Shown here in pieces: positions 36,051-45,400 of a DNA stretch of 64,000 nt. Location of the stretch: contig OZ242191.1 of assembly GCA_965205915.1 (NCBI GenBank), forward strand, positions 100,383-164,382. Reading direction: 5' to 3'. The notes under the pieces were generated by a model. That model saw nothing but the letters and a program-made list of their open reading frames with translations. It did no database searches and was not told the DNA's origin. The stretch is from Dehalococcoidia bacterium. Its GTDB lineage: Bacteria; Chloroflexota; Dehalococcoidia; UBA6926. The position numbers were made by a program, and so were the translations under genes. The first letter of the stretch is position 1. Each line of letters starts with the position of its first letter.

Positions 36051-37385
36051 GGTAAGCCGACAATAGCCATCGTTCCGACGGGCGGCACGATTCAGAACGG
36101 CCTCCCGTTCGTGACGTCGAGCAAGGCGGGCGGACCGCTCAATGTGCTGCGCGCTCAGCGATTGCACGAGCCGGTGACGGTGCGGATTCGACGCGAGGAT
36201 CGGGATGGCAATCCCGTGGCTGATGGAGACGCATTCCAGGAGGTGACGCTGGCGCCTGAGGACGGCCTCTATCTCCTGCCCTACATGGAAGAGGGGCATG
36301 AGCCTGCCGCGACGTATTCCTCTTTCCACCTTGCCGCTGAGCGCGTCATCGAAGAAATCGACCGCTTTGGCGTGGACACAAACGGGCGCAACGGGCTGCT
36401 ATCGGACGTGGCCGATCTGCGCGTTCACCGTGTCATCGATCCGGAAACCGGCGACGAACTACGGCGCGGCGGCGAGACGTTCACCATGCGGGAACTCGTG
36501 CTCATCGCCAACACCGTCAATGAGGCAATTGCGCTGTCGGATGTGGATGGCTGCATCGTCACGCACGGCACGTTCACGACGGAGGAGACGGCGGCATTCC
36601 TGCACTACACGTTGAACTCGCGCAAGCCGGTGGTCGTGGCGGCATCACAGCGTCGACACGGCAGCATCGGCAACGACGGCGACTGGAATCTGTGGGACGC
36701 CGTGCGCGTGGCGGCATCACCGGAGGCTGCGGGCAAGGGCGTGATGGTCGTGCTGGATGAGCAGATTTTTCCGGCGCGCGATGTGGCAAAGACGAATCAG
36801 AGGCCGGGCGGGTTTGCGTCGCTCGGTGGCTCGGCATCCGCCATAGGCTCAATCGAGGGTGATCAGGTGTCGTTCTACTTTGCGCCGACGCGGTTGCATA
36901 CGGCGGAATCACGGGTGAAGGGCGAGAGCCCCCTGCCCCTCTCCCTTCCACGGGTGGACATTGTGAAGACGTACGCGGGCGCGGACGATGCGCCGATACG
37001 TGCGTTGATTCAGCGCGCCGTTGCGGAGCGAGCGACGGAGGCTGACCATCCCGGGCACGGCATCGTCGTTGAGGGCTTTGCGTACAGCGGCGCGCCGCAC
37101 GGATTGCAGCGGCCCGCATTGGAGGAGGCGGTGCGTCGCCACGGTATCCCCGTTGTCCTGACGAGTCGGGGGCTGCGCGGTCGCATTCCAAAGGAGCCGA
37201 CGCAGGACACGTACATCACGGCGGATAATCTTTCCGCCATCAAGGCGCGGTTGCTGCTTATTTTGGCGATTCGGACGCTGGGGCCGTTGACGCCGTGTGC
37301 CGACGCGGACAGCCCGACGCCGCAAGAGCGCGAGCGGCTGCTGGCCGAGATTGGGCGATACCAGGTGATATTTGACACGCATTAG
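36045..37385 (+). CDS. Asparaginase/glutaminase-like protein, atypical
   Basis: PTGGTI, VTHGTFTTEETA, KPVVVAASQR, DGDWNL, RDVAKTN, ADNLSAIKARLLL. Confidence 0.8.
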   Translation: MTGKPTIAIVPTGGTIQNGLPFVTSSKAGGPLNVLRAQRLHEPVTVRIRREDRDGNPVADGDAFQEVTLAPEDGLYLLPYMEEGHEPAATYSSFHLAAERVIEEIDRFGVDTNGRNGLLSDVADLRVHRVIDPETGDELRRGGETFTMRELVLIANTVNEAIALSDVDGCIVTHGTFTTEETAAFLHYTLNSRKPVVVAASQRRHGSIGNDGDWNLWDAVRVAASPEAAGKGVMVVLDEQIFPARDVAKTNQRPGGFASLGGSASAIGSIEGDQVSFYFAPTRLHTAESRVKGESPLPLSLPRVDIVKTYAGADDAPIRALIQRAVAERATEADHPGHGIVVEGFAYSGAPHGLQRPALEEAVRRHGIPVVLTSRGLRGRIPKEPTQDTYITADNLSAIKARLLLILAIRTLGPLTPCADADSPTPQERERLLAEIGRYQVIFDTH

Positions 37386-37443
37386 CGGGAATCGAGCGAA
37401 CAACACGCAGTCAGCGTATTGGGCAGCCTGACGGACAGCGATG

Positions 37444-37467
37444 GATTCCGGCCTTCGCCGGAATGAC
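37444..37467 (+). repeat. Family A REP variant
   Basis: GATTCCGGCCTTCGCCGGAATGAC. Confidence 0.85.
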
Positions 37468-37476
37468 GGGGGGATA

Positions 37477-39108
37477 ATGGCGAACGAACGTGAGATTCCT
37501 GAGCGCATCGAGGCGCGGCTGCGGCAGTGGGAGGCGGACGGTTTTGTTCGCCGGATGCTGGAGCTTGATCCGACGCTGTGGGCGGCGCGCGGCACACCGG
37601 AGATTGAGGACAGGCTCGGCTGGCTTGATCTCCCTACCAGCATGGCCATCAAGGCTGACGACCTTATGCAGTTCGGGCGAGAGGTTGCGGCGGAGGGCGT
37701 TCAGGACGCGGTCGTGCTCGGTATGGGTGGTTCGAGCCTCGCGCCGGAGGTTTTTCAGACGACGTTCGGCAACGCGCCGGGCTTCCCGCGTCTCTCAGTG
37801 CTGGACAGCACGCACCCGGCCGCGGTGACGGCGCTGGCGGAGAAGTTGGACCTTGCACGAACGATTTTCGTCGTTTCCAGTAAATCCGGCACGACGACTG
37901 AAATGTTGTCGTTCCTCTATTACTTTTGGCAGAGGCTGACGGAGTTGGGCATCGAGCCCGGCCCCCACTTTGTTGCCGTGACTGATCCTGGTACGCCGCT
38001 TGAAAGGCTGGCACAGGAGCGGGGATTCCGTCGCGTGTTCTCCTCGCCGGAGGATGTCGGTGGGCGTTACTCCGCGCTGTGCGAGTTTGGCCTTGTGCCC
38101 GCCGCGCTCATCGGTGTCGATCTACACAGACTCCTCGCGTTGACCAGGTCGGCCCATGACGCATCGGCCGAGGAATTGAGCCATGCGCTGCGTCTGGGGG
38201 CAACCATCGGCGAATGCGCTCTCGCAGGTCGTGACAAGCTGACATTCGTAACGTCTCCAAGCCTGAACAGTCTGCCGACATGGATCGAGCAGCTCATCGC
38301 GGAGAGCACCGGCAAGCTGGGATTCGGCATCGTACCGATCGATCGCGAGCCGGCGTGGGATTACGCCGATTACGGGCATGACAAGGTGATGGTCTACATC
38401 GGCCTGCGGACCGAGCGGGAACCCGATAAGCGCGAGTCCGTGCGAGACCTTGTCCCGGAGTGGGCGCATGTTTCTCAGATCATTGACGACCCTCATGAGA
38501 TAAGCCGATTGATGATGCGTTGGGAGATTGCCACGGCGGCGGCGGGCGTGGTGCTCGGTATCAACCCGTTCGATCAGCCGGACGTGCAACTCGCCAAGGA
38601 TCTCGCGCGAGTAGCGATGGCGGGGGGCGGCTCAGGCGCGGATTCCGGGCGGGTTGTTTCGATTGACGATGCCGATGTGGAGACTGCGGCGTCAGAGTGG
38701 CTGGGGTCGGCGTCGTCCGGCGATTATGTTGGTGTTCACGCCTACCTTGCGCCTGGCAGCGGCGTGGATGACGCGGTTCGGCGGCTGCGAATCGCCGTCG
38801 GGAAACGAGCGGAAGTCGCGACGACCGCCGGGTACGGACCTCGATTTCTACATTCGACGGGTCAGCTTCACAAGGGCGGGGCTAACAACGGCCTGTTCCT
38901 GCAAATCGTCGACGACGCGACGGCGAATGACGTTGCCGTTCCTGAGACCGATTACACGTTCGGCCAACTCATCGCTGCGCAATCGGCAGGTGACGCGGGT
39001 GCGTTGGTTCAGCGCGGACGGCGGCTGTTACGCGTCGATTTGGGCGCTGACGCGGGCGCCGGGCTTGAGCGGCTGGTTGCGCTGTTCGAGCGGCTGGCAG
39101 CCACATAG
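37477..39108 (+). CDS. pgi: Glucose-6-phosphate isomerase (type similar to the Pgi half of Tal-Pgi fusions)
   Basis: VLGMGGSSL, VSSKSGTT, DVGGRYSAL, QLIAESTGK, NPFDQPDV, RFLHSTGQLHKGG. Confidence 0.9.
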   Translation: MANEREIPERIEARLRQWEADGFVRRMLELDPTLWAARGTPEIEDRLGWLDLPTSMAIKADDLMQFGREVAAEGVQDAVVLGMGGSSLAPEVFQTTFGNAPGFPRLSVLDSTHPAAVTALAEKLDLARTIFVVSSKSGTTTEMLSFLYYFWQRLTELGIEPGPHFVAVTDPGTPLERLAQERGFRRVFSSPEDVGGRYSALCEFGLVPAALIGVDLHRLLALTRSAHDASAEELSHALRLGATIGECALAGRDKLTFVTSPSLNSLPTWIEQLIAESTGKLGFGIVPIDREPAWDYADYGHDKVMVYIGLRTEREPDKRESVRDLVPEWAHVSQIIDDPHEISRLMMRWEIATAAAGVVLGINPFDQPDVQLAKDLARVAMAGGGSGADSGRVVSIDDADVETAASEWLGSASSGDYVGVHAYLAPGSGVDDAVRRLRIAVGKRAEVATTAGYGPRFLHSTGQLHKGGANNGLFLQIVDDATANDVAVPETDYTFGQLIAAQSAGDAGALVQRGRRLLRVDLGADAGAGLERLVALFERLAAT

Positions 39109-39220
39109 CCCTGTGCCCCATTTCGTGGTTACAGCGCCCTGCCCGACAACCCCACTTCGCGGCGTACCGTGCCATAATGGATAGCACACGGTGAACCGTC
39201 GGGTGAGTGGTGAAATCCGC

Positions 39221-39307
39221 GCCGAGGTGGCGGAACGGCAGACGCGCTGCGTTCAGGGCGCAGTGCCCCTAGCGGGCGTGAGAGTTCAAATCTCTCCCTC
39301 GGCACCA
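39221..39307 (+). tRNA. tRNA-Leu(CAG)
   Basis: GCCGAGG/CCTCGGC acceptor stem, CTGCG-TTCAGGG-CGCAG anticodon arm, long variable arm, encoded CCA. Confidence 0.95.
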
Positions 39308-39353
39308 CAACCGGCCTGACGCGCCGTTGGCCGGAGACGGTCAAGAGTGACAA

Positions 39354-39431
39354 GCGCTTGTAGCTCAGTCTGGATAGAGCGCAGCCCTGCGGAGGCTGAG
39401 GCCGTGGGTTCGAGTCCCGCCAAGCGCGCCA
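39354..39431 (+). tRNA. tRNA-Arg(GCG)
   Basis: GCGCTTG/CAAGCGC acceptor stem, CAGCC-CTGCGGA-GGCTG anticodon arm, GGTTCGAGTCC T-arm, CCA. Confidence 0.93.
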
Positions 39432-39449
39432 CAATTCCCGCCGATGTGA

Positions 39450-39526
39450 GGGCGGCTAGCTCAGCCGGTTAGAGCGTCTGCTTTACACGCAGAAGGCCGG
39501 GGGTTCGAGCCCCTCGCCGCCCACCA
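39450..39526 (+). tRNA. tRNA-Val(TAC)
   Basis: GGGCGGC/GCCGCCC acceptor stem, TCTGC-TTTACAC-GCAGA anticodon arm, CCA. Confidence 0.95.
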
Positions 39527-39719
39527 AACTGGTCAAAATCGAGAACCTTCATGCTGACGGTGCGGCTGGAGGTGTGAGAGCACACGAGTTCATGGCTTGT
39601 TCCCGCCTTTGTTGACCACCAGCGCAGTTTTCGCTTCAGTGGACCTCAGAACAAAGATCGTGTCTGAGAAGAGGGAGCGGACTTAGACACAAGGGCCGCC
39701 CAGCATCCATCGTCCCGGC

Positions 39720-40304
39720 TCACGCTGTCCTCTTAAGCCTGAGCTCACCCACAGTTCCCCTACCTCTACCGGTGTAATAGCCGCCCTCCAAAATGTTGTC
39801 CTTGACCTGTAGAGTGCAGGTGCCTCGATGTATCTCCATCGCTCGTGCTGCTCTGTTGTTTGGTTCACTGAGGTACGTGTACGTAACCTCGGGGCGGTCT
39901 GTGTCCCTTGTCCGAAAGCTCGCCATTGTGCTGCGCGAATTGGACTCGTCGGCTTCTAGGATTATGAGAATCGTCGACCACCGCTGAAGTATGTTGACTG
40001 AAATGTTCGCCCTTGTGCCTTCCGAGCCATGGGATGAATCGACTTCGCCGGTCCATCGTCCGTTGAGGTCTGGCACGGACAGCAGACCGAGCTTGTGTAA
40101 TGGTCCCCATCGCCAAATGTAGCGGTCGAAGAGCCAATATAAGAGTGAGTAGCAGCCCGCCACAGAAGGAGCACTCAGCCACCAGGGTGGATTGATGCTG
40201 GCAGCATTCAGCCCAACATCCAAGAGCCAGGCCAAGGCGATGCTCAGCATTGCGATGCCTGCATATATTCGCCCTCGTCCCACAAGATCATATGAATGCA
40301 TCAC
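39720..40304 (-). CDS. CBASS effector, 2TM + beta-barrel (Cap15/S_2TMBeta-like)
   Basis: Two N-terminal TM helices, PDLNGRWTG, ILQRW, Y.Y..EP....M..H.G...L....LEG.YYTGRG; directly downstream of the CD-NTase. Confidence 0.88.
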   Translation of the reverse strand: MMHSYDLVGRGRIYAGIAMLSIALAWLLDVGLNAASINPPWWLSAPSVAGCYSLLYWLFDRYIWRWGPLHKLGLLSVPDLNGRWTGEVDSSHGSEGTRANISVNILQRWSTILIILEADESNSRSTMASFRTRDTDRPEVTYTYLSEPNNRAARAMEIHRGTCTLQVKDNILEGGYYTGRGRGTVGELRLKRTA

Positions 40305-40310
40305 GCGTAC

Positions 40311-41189
40311 TCAGTCCCAGTTGTTCCACAGATTAACGAGCCCACTCACTAAGGCCTTAGCATCATGCTCCGACCACTGCTCAGACAACGAGCCGAACAG
40401 CAGCTGCTGCCCATTCTGGCACTTCAATTGGCTGAAGTTGGTCTGCGCCATCCAGTTGACGATGTCACTATACGTGTCCTGAAAGCTGGCTTTGAATGTA
40501 GAGTCCGGCGCGTTGTAGACAAGGCACTCAAGGAAGTAAGAAGGTGCAGGGTCCTCACTTATCATGCCATCGGAGACAAGCCTGTTCCGCGCATTCTTGA
40601 ACATGCGAACAGTCCGTTTGTATCGGTCACTCGTGAGCCTGCTCTTGTTCGCGCCATTGTCGTAGTGCAACTTCGGATAATTCACGATCCATCGCTTTTC
40701 CTGAAGCGCATAGAATGTCATGCCTTGCACGTACTGAGATTGGGATGTGTAGCGACGGTGTCCCATGCATACGACAACATCTGCTGCGACTCGGCCATTG
40801 TCCGCCTTTATCTTGATCGACTTATCGCCTTGCCCAACTATCTTGTCTCCGTAGTGTGCAACCAACACGTTCAGGGCGAGACGCCTGAAATCATCCCACT
40901 CGTACAGAGAGTCCTCGTACATTGAACGAACTTGCTGCGCAGAGTAAGGAGCCAACAGGCCAGTGTCCACCTCGACAGTCGAGGTCATCTCCAAAACAAT
41001 ATCTACGTCACTGTCACCACGGATGTTGGTATCGTTCCTATACGAACCCTGCAAGTAGAAGTCGTACTTCATGCCCGGCGGCCACTGGTGAGCGTTCAAG
41101 ACTCGCCTGATCGCCTCGTGTGTGCGCTTGGCCGTGTCTTGGGCTCCGTGATCGGACCATCGACTCAGCTGGGATTCCGGAATGGCCAT
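40311..41189 (-). CDS. cGAS/DncV-like nucleotidyltransferase (CdnE-like)
   Basis: LQGSYRNDTNIRGDSDVDIV, ADVVVC, IVNYPKLHYDNG..K..LT..RYK..VRMFK, PSYFLECLVYN. Confidence 0.93.
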   Translation of the reverse strand: MAIPESQLSRWSDHGAQDTAKRTHEAIRRVLNAHQWPPGMKYDFYLQGSYRNDTNIRGDSDVDIVLEMTSTVEVDTGLLAPYSAQQVRSMYEDSLYEWDDFRRLALNVLVAHYGDKIVGQGDKSIKIKADNGRVAADVVVCMGHRRYTSQSQYVQGMTFYALQEKRWIVNYPKLHYDNGANKSRLTSDRYKRTVRMFKNARNRLVSDGMISEDPAPSYFLECLVYNAPDSTFKASFQDTYSDIVNWMAQTNFSQLKCQNGQQLLFGSLSEQWSEHDAKALVSGLVNLWNNWD

Positions 41190-41397
41190 GGCTTACCTCT
41201 TGTGGCGCCGTCTTTGGGCCGAATTACTGTGCCGTGTCAACTCTACAAATTCTACGGCGTTGGTCAGCCACTGGCTTACAATGCTCCTCAAGTCGCTCGC
41301 TACCACTGCCACGCTTACCCTGCCTATGGGATTGTATGATCGCAGGAGGGATGTACTCAAGGAAGCGAACGAGCAACCTCAAGGAGGATTCGGCTAA

Positions 41398-42346
41398 ATG
41401 ACGACCACACGGCGTAGAAGAACAGCCAGCAACTCAGGGACTGAGGCCGGCAACGGGAGCGCCTCAGACTACAGGGCTGACCTGTGGAAGATGGCCGATG
41501 CCCTTCGTGGCAGCATGGACGCCGCCGAGTACAAGCATGTCGTGCTCGGCCTCATCTTTCTCAAGTACATCTCCGATGCCTTCGAGGAGCGCCACTCCCA
41601 GTTGATGGCAGAGGTTGACAACGGCGCCGATCCTGAGGAGCCGGACGAGTATCGCGCTGAAAGCATCTTCTGGGTGCCGCAAGAGGCTCGCTGGCTTCGG
41701 CTTCAAGGGCTGGCTCGTCAACCCGAAATCGGCAGCGCAGTCGATGAGGCTATGACCGCCATTGAGCGCGACAACGATGCCCTTACAGGGTGTCCTCCCC
41801 AAGGACTATGCCCGCCCTGCCCTGGACAAGACCCGCCTCGGCCAGGTCGTCGATCTCGTCAGCAACATCAAGATCGGTGGCGCTGAACAACGAGCAACGG
41901 ACGTCCTCGGTCAGGTCTATGAGTACTTCCTGGAGCAGTTCGCGCTCGCCGAGGGTCGCAAGGGCGGCGAGTTCTATACGCCCCGCAGCATCGTCCGCCT
42001 CCTCGTGGAGATGCTGGAACCCTACAGCGGCCGCGTCTATGACCCCTGCTGCGGTTCCTCTGGCATGTTCGTGCAGTCGATGGAGTTCATCCGCGCCCAT
42101 GAAACCGGCAACGGCAATGGCGGCAAAGCCAAGGGCGACATCTCCATCTACGGCCAAGAATCCAACTACACCACGTGGCGCATGGCCGAGATGAACCTCG
42201 CGATTCGCGGCATCGAGGGGCAAATCGAACAAGGCGACAGTTTTCACAATGACCGCCACCCTGACCTGAAGGCCGACTACATCCTCGCCAACCCACCCTT
42301 CAACGTCTCCGATTGGGGCGGCGACCGCCTGCGCGGACGCTCTTAG
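41398..42346 (+). pseudogene. hsdM: Type I RM HsdM, frameshifted near 41785 and truncated
   Basis: [32 protein letters not shown] in one frame; GVLPKDY, GEFYTP, DPCCGS, GQESN and ANPPFN in another; ends at [11 protein letters not shown]. Confidence 0.9.
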
Positions 42347-42472
42347 CGGGTCACCGGGGCCCTGCGTGCATCCGACTTCAGTGTGTAAGAATAGCGGATA
42401 GCCAAGTATGACCCACATCATTGATGGCCGAGAGTTCTTTCTCGGTCTCCATCCAGTCTTACAGGAGAAGGC

Positions 42473-45400
42473 ATGAGCGGTTTCGCTGACGTATACCAAC
42501 GCCTTTGCGAGCGTTATCCCAATCCGCAGGATCGAGGGCGCGCCTTCGAACCGCTCGCAAAAAAGGTGCTAATGACTGCCCCCACCTACCGGGAACGCTT
42601 CGCCAAGGTCTGGCGATGGTCCGAGTGGCCAGGGCACGACAGCGGCGACATTGGTATCGATATCGTAGCGGAGCGTCATGACGGTGGGTTGGTGGCAATC
42701 CAGTGCAAATCTCTGGATCGCATCTCGAAACGTGACATCGATTCCTTCCTAGCTGACTCTCAGCGACAGCCCAGCGGCGCACCATACGTCGAGCGTTACA
42801 TCTTCACTACAGCGACAGAGTGGAGTGACAACGCGGAAATCGCTCTTTCCCGGATCGACCCACCGGTACAGCGAGTGGATTTCTTCGGCCTCGATGGATT
42901 GTCGATTGACTGGACTCCTTATTTGGAGAACGAGGATGCCGATCTTCGCCCGTTGCCGCGCAAGCAGTTGCGATCTCACCAATCGAACGCGGTCGATGAT
43001 GTGCTCAATGGCTTCAAGGCGAACGACCGCGGGAAAATGATCATGGCCTGTGGCACAGGCAAAACGCTGACGGCGCTGCGAATCGCCGAGCAAGTTGCCG
43101 GTTCGGGAGGGCGCGTTCTATTCGCAGCTCCCTCGCTTTCCCTATTAGCCCAATCGATGCGGGAGTGGGGAGCCGATGCCGAGGTGCCGCTAAGGGCCTA
43201 TGCGGTGTGCTCGGACATCAAAGTCGGCAGCAGCGACGGGGACAGCACCCGTGCCTACGATATGCCGATTCCCGCCACGACGAACGCGGTGCGGCTCACT
43301 GAATCCGCCAGCACGGAGACCTCCGAGCAGATGACAGTGGTGTTCTCCACCTACCAGTCGATGAAGGTCATCGCCGACGCCCAGAAGCAGGGGCTTCCCG
43401 AGTTCGATCTCGTGGTCTGCGACGAGGCGCACCGGACTACAGGCGCCCTCCGCGCGGACGAAGACTCATCATTTCTGCTGGTTCACGATAGCCAGCACGT
43501 AAAGGCGAGCAAGCGGCTCTATATGACGGCGACGACGCGCATCTACTTGGAGGCTGCTCAGCTAAAGGCCAAAGAGGAAAACATCTACGTCGCCACGATG
43601 GACAACGAGGAGCAGTACGGCCCGGAGTTTCACCGCCTGAGCTTCGCCAAAGCCGTAGAAGCGGATCTCCTGAGCGACTACAAGGTCACGATTCTGGTGA
43701 TGAGCGAATCGCAGATTGCTCGCGACTACCAAAGGCTGCTAGGCGAAGGCGAAAAGTTGGCGGATGTTGGGCGCGTAATCGGCTGTCTAAATGGTCTTGC
43801 CAAGATTGATCCTGAAAGTCAGGAGTTCGCTGACGACCCTGATCCGATGCATCGCGCTGTTGCCTTTTCAAACACTATTGCTGCCTCGAAGCGCTTCGTC
43901 GAATTGGTGGGGTTGGAGCAGGATGACGAGGCCAGGGAGGCGCGGAATCTCGCCATTGAGGGCAGCCACGTGGACGGCAAAAGCGGTGTGCTTGAGCGAG
44001 ATAGGAAACTCTCGTGGCTTCGTGATGACATGACCATGGATCAAAGGTGCCACGTGCTCTCCAACGCCCGTTGTCTCACCGAAGGCATCGACGTTCCCGC
44101 CCTTGACGCCATCCTCTTCTTGCAGCCGCGCAAGTCTCATATCGACGTCGTTCAGGCGGTCGGACGGGTGATGCGCAAAGCCCCGGGCAAACAGTATGGC
44201 TACATCATCTTGCCCGTAGTCGTGCCGTCAGGGGATGACCCAGAACGCGCATTGGACCGCAACGATGCCTACAGCCACGTCTGGCAGGTCCTCCAGGCGC
44301 TCCGCGCCCACGACGAACGCTTCGATGCTTACGTCAACAGACTTGACCTGAACAAAAGGAACGATGGACCAATCTCCGTGATCGGCGTGCGAAGCAACGA
44401 GAGTAATGGCGACGAAACGGACCAAGTCGGCGTGCGCGATCAGGCGGCCGGCTATGTGAGCCAGGCGCTGCTGGATCTCGAGATGGATACATTGCGTACT
44501 GCCATCTTTGCCCAAATCGTCAAACGTGTCGGCGAGAGGCGCTACTGGGAGAAGTGGGCCGATTCCGTAACAGACATTGCACGACGCCACGACGAACGCA
44601 TCCGCGCCTTGATTGAATCCCCCGACGGCGGTGTGAGCAAACGCTTCAATGAGTTCGTGGCGGCCCTGCGGCACAATCTCAACGACTCCATCTCCCGGGA
44701 TGATGCGGCGGCAATGCTTTCACAGCACCTCATTACAAAGCCGGTCTTTGATGCCCTATTCGGCGGCCAAGAGTTCACCGAGCGGAACCCTGTCTCACGG
44801 GTCATGCAACACATGGTCGACGAACTGGCGGGATATGGACTTGAGGCCGAAACTGCCGAGCTCGAGGAGTTCTACGCAAGCGTGCGCCGTAGGGTGGAGG
44901 GTATCGACAATGCCGAAGGCAAGCAGCGCATCGTAGTCGAACTCTACGAGCGGTTCTTCAAGGTCGCCTATCCAAAAGTTGCCGAGTCGCTGGGCATCGT
45001 CTACACGCCGGTCGAAATCGTAGACTTCATCATCCGCAGTGTGCAGACCTTGTTACGCCATGAGTTCGACGCATCGCTCAGCGATGAGGGCGTTCATGTT
45101 CTCGACCCTTTCGTTGGCACGGGGACGTTCATCACACGGCTCCTACAGAGCGGTTTCATCGACCGGAATGCGTTGCTCCGTAAGTACGCCTCCGAACTGC
45201 ACGCCAACGACATCATGCTACTGGCCTACTACATTGCCGCCGTCAACATAGAGACGACCTATGCCGAGATCGCTGGCGAGTACCAGCCGTTTGAGGGCAT
45301 CGTGCTCACCGACACCTTCCAGGCGTCGGAGGTTGGCGACCAAAGAGACATGACGTTCTTCCCACGCAACAACGCTCGGATTGAGCGGCAGCTTGCTCTC

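Noticed and set aside
39530-39618. 7-bp inverted repeat TGGTCAA/TTGACCA as integrase arm sites
   Set aside because: Too short to distinguish from chance without the other att end.
41760-41800. Programmed frameshift in hsdM
   Set aside because: There is no slippery heptamer, and the gene is truncated downstream anyway.
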